64,000 nucleotides of DNA from Mobula hypostoma (taxonomy: Eukaryota). The DNA is taken from positions 212,476,001 to 212,540,000 of the forward strand of contig NC_086097.1 of assembly GCF_963921235.1 (NCBI RefSeq), in the 5' to 3' direction. Shown one piece after another: positions 38,491 to 51,559 of this stretch. Positions within the stretch are counted from its first letter, which is position 1; each line of letters begins with the position of its first letter. Below the pieces are notes generated by a model. That model was not told the origin of the DNA. It saw nothing but the letters and a program-made list of their open reading frames with translations, and made no database searches. Both the position numbers and the translations under genes were made by a program.

Positions 38491-41199
38491 ACTGAGCCGA
38501 TCTGCTCCAGCCACGCTGCACGTTTGGCTTTGGGTAGCAGGCCTGTGGTATCCCAAGTGAGCTCCAGCTATTGCTGGCCACTCACAATCCAGCTAGCCAG
38601 TTAACAGTGGGTTTGGTGCTGGCTGGACGCAGATATACGTCAAACCAACAGGTACTTGGAGATGTCAATGTTTGTCATCTATTTTAGATGATGCGGCTAT
38701 TATGGCTTGAATAGTGTTGAAGGTGTGTGTGAGCTGTGACACATGATTGTGGTGCTTGAAGCTGTTTTTAATGGTCAGGTGAAACACATGGAAGTTAGCT
38801 ATGAGTGTTGATTGATAGGAGTTGGAGGTCAGTAAATAATGGGGATATTGGGAAGTGAGCCCTGTCTTGAAGGTAGCACTGCATATGGTCAGTGCAAAAT
38901 TGCTGTCCTTCTGGCACTGCATTCTGGTTCACAGGATTTGACCCCTGGCATTGTCCTACATACCTGAGCTCATCATAGGGTCAAACATAACACAACTTAC
39001 AAGCAGCTTGATACAGTTTTAGATAACTGCCCGAGAAGTGGATGGTGTCAATGACTAGGGAACAGAGCTTATATCAGAGACTAAAGAAGCTGGTTTCAGT
39101 CTTCCAAATAGTTAACAGTACAGACCACTCTCAGTTACAAATGCCCAATTTATAGGCATCCATAGATAAGATTATGTGAGCTCATTCATATTTAACTCAA
39201 AACTCTGATGTATATAGTGTTATATGGTTATATAATATGGTTTTATGGTTATAAGTATATAACCATATGGTGTGATATAATCATAAAAACCATATATATT
39301 TATTAATTCCTACAAATGGCAGAACTAATTTTTTTCTCATTCTACTTTCAGATATTGTTCTTTCTCATCAGTCCCATGTGTTTTGATGTCATTCATTGCA
39401 ATACTATGGAGGCAAGGTTGAGTGAGTTTTATGCATTTTCTTGCATATGGACAAAATTGATTTAAGGAGGTCTATTAAAAACAGAACATGTTCAGTACCC
39501 GGATTCAGACAGTGTTGGGAAATAAAATCACACTTTCTCCCTTTTAAATGCAAATTGTAGTGCTACTGGGAGAAAAGTTTTATTTTTTTCCCTTATTTTT
39601 TGTGCGATTTAAAGAAAATCCAGTCCAAATTTTCTCTTCTACGTGTGTATGTTTATTATTTAAAAATGTAAATAATCTATTTGAAAGGTTAATCAAACAG
39701 CTCCAAAAACCATAATTGAGATTATTTATTTATTTAACATTAAAAAATTGCTATAAATTTTATTGGAACTCATAGAAGCATAATTAGCAGCAGTAAAATG
39801 AAATGAGTGTATATTTTAAGATGGGCATTCCAGCTGTATAAACTTGGCTTGATAAATGTGCTGTTGGACTGAGTGCTTTGTAAGCCAACCATGGGTTTTA
39901 GCTCTGCTGAAGTCAGTTCTGCCCTTTTACTGTCCGTAAAATGGGGGCAATCATGATGAATTCATGCTCCTCTAAATTTCAAGCTGTTCATATCATTTTT
40001 GACAAGCAGTTTTAAAACAATCCAACTGGAGGTCTGAAATTATACCCTTTGTGAAAAGGGCACTTCGGAAAATTAATATTGCTCATTCAAATTAGGGCGC
40101 AAGCTTGTTGGATCAAAAATGTGGGCAATTTAAGAAAACATATCATGTGTATATTATTTTAACTGTTCAACATTTTCCTTCATTGTAAAACTCACAACAA
40201 CAATTGACACTTACTGCCTTGCAACATGAAATTTCATCAGCATATCAATGGGTTGTTTCAACTGCTATTTTCCACAGTGGCACAGCTGGTTACATTTCTT
40301 GTAAAACTGATTTTTGTTTACTGTTTTAACAATTAAGGCTAATCCTATTAACCCACACATCCAAAAGGAGCAGTTCCCACCGGGTTCAATTAGAGGAAAA
40401 CCCACTTTAAATTTAAATGTCAACACTAGCTGCTAGTAGACAACATTTACACTTGGTCCACATTTCCAGATTATTAGTTGTGCTTTTTTTGCTTACTGTG
40501 AGCTCTTTCTGATATTTATTAAATATGAGGATGATCTAACAAAGGGCATTCATTGTTAATCTTAGAACAAACCTATTTCTCAGTGCAACCATGCTGTACT
40601 GTATGCAAATTGAATTACAGAGATTTTTTGAACATATAGCTGAATAATAAACAGCTGAAAGTAGGTCAGGATTGTAAATGCTGGACTAGTTCCCCTCCCC
40701 CAAACATATAATAGGAAAATGTCTGCAGCCTCAGAATGGAATTCATCACTTTATTATATTGTTTCTGTGAACCTTTTCCACTCTAATGTTTCTGGAGAAG
40801 ACATGTATAATTGACAAACTGCATTTCTTCAAATATGAAAAACTAAATTTCAATTCTTTCATTAATCCACCTAGCATACTGGCTGCCATAAATATGTTTT
40901 TATTTTGTTCTGTGGGGCAAGTTAGCAGCATAATAGGCATGTACCATGACTACTAATCCAGAGGTCTAGACTAATGATTTCAAGCTATAAATCAAAATCT
41001 CTACCAGGGCAACGGGGAAATCTGAAGTTGTTAATTAAATATATCAAAAAACAACACAAATAATAGCAACTAGAGAAGCTACTGGATAGTTGTAAAGAGA
41101 TGCTTTTTTGTTAACATTCTTTGGTCTGTCTGATTTTTGTCGCTTAATAAATATGACTAAAGTTGATTACGTGATATTATCTCAACACCGTTTGTAGAA

Positions 41200-41430
41200 G
41201 CTTACTAGGGGTAATCTGGCTGCCACATTTCCTACATTGCAGTACTTTGTACTTTATTGTCACCAAACAATTGATACTAGAACATACAATCATCACAGCG
41301 ATATTTGATTCTGCGCTTCCCGCTCCCTGGATTACAAATCGATAGTAAATATTAAAAATTTAAATTTAAATAGTGACTGACTTCACCTTTGAAATGTGCT
41401 TTGCGACACTGTGACTGTAAGTCTTCTTTC
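41200..41430 (+). mobile_element. Deu-SINE/AmnSINE-like 3' remnant interrupted by a short LINE tail (about 41242-41370)
   Basis: tggctgccacatttcctacattgcag|insert|tagtgact...gtaagtcttctttc resembles the recalled DeuSINE 3' tail. Confidence 0.45.
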
Positions 41431-41599
41431 ATATGTAATTGGAGATGAACAGCAATATGATTGATTCCATACTGTCTTCTCAAATATTTGTAGCAAAGTG
41501 ATCAGTTGTATCAAAAGTGCTGAGAAAAACTATAGCAAGAGGATGACTGGACAAAACTGAATTCAAAGGCCAAATCAGCACAAATAACTTGCAAATTCT

Positions 41600-43600
41600 T
41601 CCTCCCCTACATTTAATTTGTGCCATTATGAACTAATGAAGCAACAGCCTGATACGATCATATGTATGGAATCGTAACTTTCAATGAACATAATATGCCC
41701 TTCTATAATACTTTTGCTACAACCTGTCCTATCTGAAATATGGAAACAGCAGAGCTGGAAATACGATACTCCACAATGAGGAAGGATCGTCCCGGCAGTT
41801 CTTAACGTTCATTTCAGAACCCATGAAGTTTCAATGCATTAGATTAAACATTGTTAAAGATACCTCTAATTTCCACTAGCTACCCCTCAATTGACAAATC
41901 ACCACTCCCACTACTGAAGACATCTTTGATAAGAATTGAGTACTGTAATGTCACAGGGATCAGTTTTGAATGGGAAATGTCAATGTTCATCACTAAAGAG
42001 ATTTGGTAACACAACTAAAGCCCAAGCTGACTGAATACTTAAGGATGTAGCAATCCAACTGGACTTCTGCTGGTGATTAAAAAGCCTACTTAATCTCATT
42101 CCCGACAAACTACTAATCCTTCATTGCATTAGTAGGAGTAATTACAACAGATTCCTTCACGTTGGTAATGCCATCAATTGTAATGCATTGCACCAACACA
42201 CGAGCTGAACATGACAACTCAAAATATACCTGACAACTCAAAATTGGGTACTTATGGGATGCTATGGACCATTAACAGAGGAAAATAACTCAGCTAATGT
42301 TTCTAACTTTTGATGCAGCATAAACTCTGTTCTACTGTTGCCATCAGGCCAGGGTTCATATAAAGTTAAACAAGATGTGTGGAGGTACGTTCTGGAGACA
42401 GCATAAAGAATATTAAACACTCTTCTGGTGAAACAACAACACAGAGTACATGCATGCTAAACAATGGAAGCAGCATTCTATGGACAAAGCTAAACAACCC
42501 CACAACCACTGATCAAATCGAAGCTGTATAGTACTGCTCTAGTTATGAACGATGGTGGACAATTAAATAATTAACAGGAAAAGATCTCTCAAGGATGGAA
42601 ACACCAGTTTGTGAGTGCAGAAAACAACAAAGCTCAAATTTTTGCATGGATCTTTAGTTAGAAGTACCAAGCAGAATATCTATGTTGGCTTCTCCTGGTG
42701 TCCATATGATCACAGAAAACAATTTTCAGTTAATTTGATTCATTTAACTCAAAATGACAATGGGCTCTCAAAACAACATGGATGCAGCGATCCAAAATTG
42801 TGCAGCTGCTCTGATACAGCATAGAAACTACATTGACCATGAAAAACAGATCAAATCAACTGCAGCTAAATAGCACTGTATCAATCTCCATCAGAGTATT
42901 CTCAGTCACCAGTTATAGAATATAAAATCAATATTGCAGGTAAGGTGCACCTATTCTCTAATAACCTACTTACCATTATTTCCAATCTGCCAAGATGATT
43001 TGGCTCCAGGTTTTATTAGAGCTGAGACACACATATAAAAACAAAACCTGCTTCCCAGAGTTAAGCTTGGTGTGACTGCCCTTGACAATGTGGTAAAACT
43101 GACTGGGTGTGGCTTCAACAGTGATAAAGCTGGCTAATCAGAAACACTTAACATTTTCTCCCCTAACTGGAATCATACCCAACTAAGTATCAGATGCTAA
43201 TGGCACTGACAATCATCTCAACCCAGAAAGATTACCACAGGAATTCCTGAGGGTACAAACCTAGGTGCTGCCATTTTCAGCTGACTTCATCAATGACATT
43301 TCCTCTAACATGTCAGAAGTGGGAAGTCCCTGATTATTGGACAAGTTCAGTTCCATTCATAATTCCTCACCCTGTGTCTGAATGCAAGAAAAAAATTGGA
43401 TAACGTGTTTCTTATGATGGTAAGTGGCACAAAAAAACATTTCCAACAAAATAGACTAACTGCTTCTCCTTGACATTCAATGGCACTACCAGCTTTGAAC
43501 TTGTTGCTATTAATGTCCTGGGGTTAACTTGAAGTGGATCAGCCAAATAAATACTGTGGCAATAAAAGTCGATCAGGATCTTGATATTCTGCATTGAGTG
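41600..43600 (+). mobile_element. Highly decayed CR1/L2-group LINE ORF2 (endonuclease to RT)
   Basis: Remnants GNVNVHH (about 41972; endonuclease GDFN motif) and GIPEGTNLG..IFS..INDI (about 43240; RT GVPQGS motif). Confidence 0.6.
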
Positions 43601-43802
43601 ACACAGGATAGAAGAAAACTATCGGGCCTTTGGAGTTTATGTCAGCTGCTAATGCAATAATACCATCAGTCTAATCCATTATACAGGGAGCCATTTAGGT
43701 AGTAGAGATTCATCCTTACAGAGTTCACAAATCTTTACCCAAAATTTTGTGATACAGTATAAAGTTCACTCTAACTGAATTTATGTGGAAAAATATAAAA
43801 AA

Positions 43803-44037
43803 TAAATTTTGTGTATTTAATATTTCAGTAATTTTGACTAATATTGTAAATATATTGCTTGATTAAGCCTTCTTTGTTGCTTGCATAATTCATTATGTGT
43901 AAAAGCATATGAATGGCATAAGACATTATGCCACCTTGTCATAAGTATGCTCCTCGCTCAAGTATACATGCTTATCACTGGTTCTCCTATGTTTTTCTTT
44001 CGATTAGTTTTATGTTTTGGATTTACAAAACATAACA
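43803..44037 (+). mobile_element. Solo LTR of the Mag-type Gypsy family found at 57210-61564
   Basis: Reverse-complement similarity to 61314-61564 (taaatatat..ttgattaagc...atgaatggcata...atgccacc.tgtcataag...aaaacataaca). It appears to sit inside a Tigger-like MITE (about 43682-44181). Confidence 0.75.
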
Positions 44038-45319
44038 TTGAACACTAAGTTTATCTTCTTCAACTTGCAGTTCTTGACAGTTGTTGCAGCTTCACGTAAT
44101 GAAAAATCGTGATATAGACTGTGTCTTGGGAACGCAGCCCCCATCCCCCCCATCACCTGTACTGCAAGGATCATCTGTACTTTAAAGAATGAAAATCAAA
44201 AAAACTGCAGATGCAGCCAACCTGAAAAAAAAACCAGAACATGCTGAAAATATTTAGGATTTCAAGCCATGGAAAGAGAAGGAATGAAAAGAAAAAAAAG
44301 AATCCCTTATATTTAGTTCCTGATTTTTCGAAGTCTGACCACAGGATTTATTCAGGGTATGGTGGAATAATCTCCAGTTTCTGAATGAACATAGCTTGAA
44401 TAATACTCAAGAAACCTGAGATTGTTCATGACAAAGCAAACCAGTTGCCTGATACCACATCCATTATCTTACATTCACTCATTTAATCCCTTCACAATCC
44501 AGGCACTGTGGCTTCAAATGTATAAATTAGAAAATCTACTATAATAGTTTGCCAATTTTTTTTTAAAACAGATCATCTGAAATCCACAATCTCAACCACA
44601 GAGATGCCGACTGTGACCACCACCTCCCCCCCAAGTCACATTCCATGTTGATTTAGAAATACTGTTCTTACCCTGTTGCTGAGTCAAAATACTCAGACAC
44701 ATCCCCATTTTCTGAAAGCAATTAGAAGTGCACAATCAATATTTTGCATTGAATCCCCAGTGTACACGTGAGAAAATATTCATTGCCACCTTAACTTTTA
44801 ACTGCTTTTTTTCAAATGCAGATATACCGATAACACCAGAAGGGGAGTTTGTAACCTAACTGTGAAAAGGAAAAACGAGCAACCACAACATCAGTAATGA
44901 GTTGAATGGAAAAAACATTTGGTTTCCTTCTGTCATAACTCTTAAATTTCTTTGCAGTTATTCAAAGAAATTTTACACAAATTCAGTTATTATAGATCAC
45001 GTAAGTCATATGCACAGTGAGAATTCAAACAAAATATGATATGATCAATAAACACAATTTTCACTGACAGCATCATCTGTACCAATGAAAACTGACACAA
45101 ACACTGAAGCTTCATTGAACTTTAAAGAAATTTCTGTCCCTATCCTATAATTCAAAATATAGCAATGAGGCTTTTATAAAAGCACAAGATCAATAATTAT
45201 TGTTATAGTTGTAGATTTTAACAAACTTGCTTGATAAAGCAGAGTAAATTAAATACCTTATGTGAGGTATTAAGGGTTCTCTGAGAAGTACAGCTGCCAG
45301 AATGGGTCAGCAGCCTGGT

Positions 45320-45522
45320 AGGCCTCTGCCTGTAAGGAGTTTGTACATTCTCCCTGCGACCGCGTGGATTTCCTCCGGGTGCTCTGGTTTCCTCCCACAG
45401 TCCAAAGACGTACTGGTTGGTAAGTTAACTGGTCATTGTAAATTGTCCTGTGATTAGGCTAGGATTAAATCGGGCGATTGCTGGATGGATTCCATGCTGC
45501 ACCTCAATAAATAAATAAATAA
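45320..45522 (+). mobile_element. V-SINE-related repeat
   Basis: ggagtttgtacattctccctgcgaccgcgtggatttcctccgggtgctctggtttcctcccacagtccaaagacg, ending in an (aata)n tail. Confidence 0.75.
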
Positions 45523-46339
45523 CATGAACTTGATGTCTTCCTCCATTAACATGTGGCAAGTGCATCTGTCCACAGCAGGATTGCTTAAAGAGAATTCTGC
45601 ACCTTCTTGTGTAGTCAAAGTCTTGTCTTCATGACCTCCCTTGGGTTCTAATACACTACAATTGTGCTAAATTTGTCACCTCCAAACTGGACATCTATGA
45701 GATCATATGTTGACCATCAGCAAAAGTGGAAATGCACAACACCACAATCTGTAGCCTCAGGGCCTTGCATACTCCTCACTCCACCAAACCTCTCCAAGTC
45801 TCATTCATTGTACAATACAGAAAGATATGTCAAAAGCAACACCAGATGTACTGTATGTGAAGCTATGTCGTAGGAGCATGTGTGTAACCAACAGCAAAAA
45901 CCAACATACAATGACAGAGCTAAGCAGTCGCACAGCCGACAGATCACATGTAGTCTCTGCAGTCCCGCCACATCATGCTGTGAATGGTGGTGGATTATTA
46001 AACAATGAATGGGAGGAGGAAAGTCTCCAGGAATATCCCCGTTTTCAGTGATGGTAAGTGCTGAAGACCAAACATTTGAAAGCCTGGCAAGACAAATGGC
46101 TGCAGGAGCTCAACAAGTCAGTCAGCATCCATGGGGGAAAATCAACAGTCAATGTTTTGGGCTGAGACATCTGGAATAAAGAAAAGCTAGTATAAAGTGG
46201 TGAGGGGAAGAGCTGGAGAAAGGATTGAACCTGAGTTTCTGGTATGTGAGGCAACAAGAACTGCCAAAGAGGATTGTGAGATGGTGTGCTGTTCCTACTG
46301 TTTAACCAGGGTGTATGTCGGCGTGCTCCTGGTGTAAGC

Positions 46340-46975
46340 ACTAGAGATTCTCAATTTCTCCTTTCCCATTCATGCAGTAATGGGCCAAGACTTTTCCAGT
46401 GTCAAAGGATGCCCATCAGCAATCTTCTCCCTTAATGGAGCTTCGAATAGAACATCTGTTTTGAAAGTCTGGTTTTGGGTGTGCAGAATATGGAACCTGC
46501 CGAATAGTGTAGAATACACGTAACTAGGGCCTCAATGCCAGGGACATTGACTTCAAAGGAGACTGACTTAGTTTGTTTGTGCTTTCAATTGTTTTGGTGG
46601 ACTTAGCAGAAAGCTGCAAAATCTGTGGCTTCTTTTCAGTGCCCTGAGGTGTCTAATGTCAGTGTTCCAAGTCTCCCAAGCATTCAGGAGGACTGGAAAG
46701 ACTTTTGGCAGAGTTTATGTCAAGTTGTGTCTAAGCCAAGTCTCAAACACCCATTTCTTCAGTCAGTGCTAGTGCATTGATGGCAATAGTGAATTTCATC
46801 ATTACAGTTTCTCTACAGGAACCTGGAAGGCACAAACCATTTCTCATCTTGGAAGCCGTCTCTCAACAAAGACAGATATCAGTGATGAAATTGATTGCCC
46901 GGCAGGTTAATTAGGTTTCAAAAGAGAAATTTTCAGGTGTGATGTCATCTGTAAAAATTAGATCCCCATTTCATG
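46340..46975 (-). mobile_element. RTE LINE RT-region fragment (decayed)
   Basis: Minus strand shows remnants of RTE motifs (FPYLGS-like, RVFED..L, LLYG.ETW-like) with many disruptions. Confidence 0.45.
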
Positions 46976-47193
46976 TTCAATTATTAAAACTATGTACAGT
47001 GACTAGGAGTCATAGTGTGGAAGGCAAAGCAAGTTAGTTCTCATATATGAGCAATTGGTACATTAAAATAAACAATTTAATGGCATTTTCTTCAAATATA
47101 AAAAAACTGAAATCTGCAGACTAGTGAAAAAATAGCAGTCTGAATAAGCAGTATCTTAATGTTGAGTTTATAAGTCTTCCAACAAAGTACTTA

Positions 47194-48237
47194 CAGTGGC
47201 ATGCAAAAGTTTGGGCACCCCTGGTCAAAATTTCTGTTACTGCGAATAGCTAAGCGAGTAAAAGATGACCTGATTTCCAAAAGGCATAAAGTTAAAGATG
47301 ACAAATTTCTTTAATATTTTAAGCAAGATTTTATTTCTATCTTTTACAGTTTCAAAATAACAAAAAAGGAAAAGGGCCCAAAGCAAAAGTTTGGGCACCC
47401 TGCATGGTCAGTACTTAGTAACGTCCCCTTTGGCAAGTATCACAACTTGTAAACACTTTCTGTAGCCAGCTAAGAGTCTTTCAATTCTTGTTTGGGGGAT
47501 TTTCGCCCATTCCTCCTTGCAAAAGGCTTCTAGTTCTGTGAGATTCTTGGGCTGTCTTGCATGCACTGCTCTTTTGAGGTCTATCCACAGATTTTCGATG
47601 ATGTTTAGGTCGGGGGTCTTGAGGACCATGGCAAAACCTTCAGCTTGTACCTCTTGAGGTAGTCCATTGTGGATTTTGAGGTGTGTTTAGGATCATTATC
47701 CTGTTGTAGAAGCCATCCTCTTTTCATCTTCAGCTTTTTTACAGATGGTGTGATGTTTGCTTCCGGAATTTGCTGATATTTGTTTGTAATTGAATTCATT
47801 CTTCCCTCTACCAGTGAAATGTTCCCTGTGCCACTGGCTGCAACACAAGCCCAAAGCATGATTAATCCACCCCTGTGCTTAACAGTTGGAGAGGTGTACT
47901 TTTCATGAAATTCTGCACCCTTTTTTCTCCAAACATACCTTTGCTCTTTGAGGCCAATAAGTTCTATTTTAACTTCATCAGTCCACAGGACTTGTTTCCA
48001 AAATGCATCAGATTTGTTTAGATATTCCATTGCAAACTTCTGACACTGAATTTTGGCCACAATGAGCAAAGGTATGTTTGGAGAAAAAAGGATGCAGAAT
48101 TTCATGAAAAGAACCCCTCTCCAACTGTTAAGCACAGGGGTGGATCGATCATGCTTTGGGCTTGAGTTGCAGCCAGTGGCACGGGGAACATTTCACTGGT
48201 AGAGGGAAGAATGTGCCCAAACGTTTGCATGCCGCTA
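47194..48237 (-). mobile_element. Tc1-family DNA transposon, internally deleted and rearranged
   Basis: TA|CAGTGGCATGCAAAAGTTTGGGCA at 47192-47217; inner repeat caaaagtttgggcaccc at about 47384-47400; right TIR TGCCCAAACGTTTGCATGCCGCTA|TA at 48214-48239. Transposase motifs VLWTDE, PTVKHRGG, LQQDNDPKH, PDLNIIENLW. Confidence 0.92.
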
Positions 48238-48409
48238 TATACAACAGATACTTGACGCTTCAGAACCTGTGGTTTAGATAATCAATGGAAAAAGCCAGAT
48301 TAAAAGGCAAGAGCTTTCTCAGTGGTTGTAACTGACTGAAAGTACAAGGGATAGGTGAGAATCTGTGAGAATTAAGGGAAATGTATCAAGTAGGAATGTA
48401 AACTGCCTG

Positions 48410-49822
48410 GACAATCCCTGAAGACATTGCAACCAAGCTGATCATTCCCACAATCCTGATTGAGAAGTTGCAGAACCTGGGCCTCTGTACCTCCCTCTGC
48501 AATTGGATCCTTGACTTCCTAACTAGAAGACCACAATCTGTGAGGATTAGTGATAATATATCCTCCTCGCTGACGATCAATACTGGCACACCTCTGTGGT
48601 ATGTGTTTAGTCCACTGCTCTAATGTCTATAATACACATAAATGTGCGACTAGCCATAGCTCAAATACCATCTATAAATTTGCTGACGATACAACCATTG
48701 TTGGTAGAATCTCAGGTGGTGACGAGAGGGTGTACAGGAGTGAGATATGCCAACTAGTGGAGTGGTCCTGCAGCAACAACCTGGCACTCAACGGCAGTAA
48801 GACGAAAGAGCTGATTGAGGACTTCAGGAAGGGTAAGATGAAGGAACACATACCAATCCTCATAGAGGGATCAGAAGTGGAGAGAGTGGGCAGTTTCAAG
48901 TTCCTGGGTGTCAAGATCTCTGAGGATCTAACCTGGTCCCAACATATCGATGTAGTTATAAAGAAGGCAAGACAGTGGCTATACTTCATTAGGAGTTTGA
49001 AGAGATTTGGCATGTCAACAAATACACTCAAAAACTTCTATAGTTGTACTGTGGAGAGCAGTCTGACAGGTTGCATCACTGTCTGTTTATTTTTTTGGCG
49101 GGGGGACTACTGAATAGGACCAAAAGAAGCTGCAGAAGGTTGTAAATCTAGTCAGTTCCATCTTGGGTACTAGCATACAAAGTATCCAGGACACCTTCAG
49201 GAAGCGGTGTCTCAGAAAGGCAGCTTGCATTATTAAGGACCTCCAGCACCCAGTGCATGTCCTTTTCTCACTGTTACATAGTCATAGTCATAGTCATACT
49301 TTATTGATCCCGAGGGAAATTGATTTTCATTACAGTTGCCCCAACCAAGAATAGAGTATAAATATAGGAATATAAAACCATAAATTATTAAATAATAATA
49401 TGTAAGTTATGCCAGGAAATAAGTCTAGGGCCAGCCTATTGGCTCAGGGTGTCTGACCCTCCAAGGGAGGAGTTGTAAAGTTTGATGGCCACAGGCAGGA
49501 ATGACTTCCTATGACCATCAGGTAGGAAGTACAGAAGCCTGAAGGCACACGCTCAGCGATTCAGGAACAGCTTCCTCCCCTCTGCCATCTGATTCCTAAA
49601 TGGACATTGAATCTTTGAACACTACCTGACTTTTTAAAAATATACGGTATTTCTGTTTTTGCATGTTTTTTAATCTAGTCAATATACATATACCGTAATT
49701 GAATTACTGATTTATTATTTTTTAATTTTATTTATTATTTTTTTCTCTCTGCTAGATTATGTATTGCATTGAACAAATTTCACATCACATGCTGGTGATA
49801 ATAAACCTAATTCTGATTCTGA
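48410..49822 (+). mobile_element. Rex1/Babar LINE RT to 3' end with a nested antisense LINE tail (49277-49514)
   Basis: IYKFADDTTIVG...WSCSNNLALNGSKTKELIEDFRK...FKFLGV. The host ttctcactgtta|ccatcaggtagg is split by an insert starting (catagt)3-catactttatt. Confidence 0.88.
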
Positions 49823-50164
49823 TGTATACAGAGCAACATATTGCCAGAACTACAGAACTGATCTACTTTTTCTCCTACTCCCTCTTTCATAGCAATTTTT
49901 TCCCCAGTTTTGTGAAGTTTCTACTCCTGCATATCACTGGTTACTAGAAGAATAGCTGATGAGAATTCAGAATATTTCATCATATCTTTGCAGCATAGTT
50001 CAATTCTTCAAACCAGAAAGGCAAAGTAACAATGAAAAAGTCACTTTGCTCTCTGCCCTTACTGAGATGTGGGTGTCTTGAAAGAAGACTCACCTCAATC
50101 CTAGAGGCAAATTATAACTTATGTAACCATCTACACCTCAAGCCTGAGAGGTTCTCAGACAGCA

Positions 50165-50790
50165 CATAGAAGCCAGTGTCTTTACTTTCTTAGGAGATTA
50201 AAGGGCTTGTGATCAGCTTGGTCACTCTAACAGACTTCTACAGATGTACTGTTGAAAGTGTCCTAACTGGTTGCATCGAGGTGTTGTATGCCAATTCAGA
50301 TCCACAGGAACATAGGAAGTTGCCGAGAGTAGTGGACTCTACCCGATGCATCATGGCTACATCACTACCCAATACTGGTAATATCTATAGGTGGCACTGC
50401 CTGAAGAAGCCACAATCAAAGAACCCCATCAATCTGGCCATGTCCTTTTTTTGCAGTTACCATTGGACAGGAGGTACAAAAGCCTGAAGTCCCATGCCAC
50501 CAGGTTCAAGAACCGTTGCTTGCCTATAACCATTTGGTTCTTGAACAAGCCAGCACAAACTGATTCACTAGAGCTTAGCAGCACCATGACCATGTTGATC
50601 ACTTTGCACTAAAATCAGCTTTGTTTTCCTTCAATCTAATTGTGTTCTTTCTTGTAAAAATAGTGTTTATGTTTTTCTTGTGAATGATAATTATATGTTG
50701 CTATGTGGGTCTGATGCTGCTGTAAGTTTTTCATGGCACTTGTGCACACATATATTTGTGTATATGAAAATAAACTTGACTTTGAGTTTG
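50165..50790 (+). mobile_element. Rex1/Babar LINE 3' part
   Basis: FYRCTVESVLTGCI..., HQSGHVLFLQLPLDRRYKSLKSHATRFKN, with tail ataaacttgactttgagtttgac. Confidence 0.8.
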
Positions 50791-51559
50791 ACCTGGAGTG
50801 TGGGAAGCTCAGGTAATCATTTATTGCTTGCACTGAGAAAAAAGTTGAAAGTCTTTTGTAAATATTGAAATGCTTGATACTAGGTATTTTTGGCAATTAG
50901 TTCTCTTGTACAATGGAGAATGGTAACATATTTAAGTTTGATTGATGAAGCCAAGCAAATTTTGATGACAGTACGAGATGATATTATCCGATGTAGATGC
51001 CATGAATAAGTTTGACTCATCGCTGCGTCTATTTCCCGTCTCCATACAAACTTCAGCATCAATGATGAGAACATCAATCATCAGCCTTTTCATGATTGTA
51101 AAGCTATAGGCACATTACTACCACCACAGTTGGCAATGGGTTCATATCATCATCATTCCACATAATTAGAAAGAGCCATGTATCAGTTGTTCTTTGCAAG
51201 ACCTAGTGGTTAGTTACCTTTGTATTCTCACCAACAGATGCCCTTTGTTGTTAAGTAGTACTGGTCCAAAGGAACATGACAGTTGGAGTGACAGGTATCA
51301 TGTTCATTTAGCAACCATGCTGTCACTGAAATTAAGCTCACTGGAAGCTCCCAACACATAGGGAATTCACAATGCTGTAACTTACTGTAACAAAGCAGTT
51401 GTACATTTAGGGAAGTGAACCTTTAAAAAGTAACTGTCAAGGTTTGCATTTTGCAATACTACATGGCTTCAAATTTCTGAAAATTATATAAGTCCCACAG
51501 TCATCTGTGTGAGAGCACTGTTGAATTATTCAAACTGAGGTTCCTTACGAAAATGCCAT

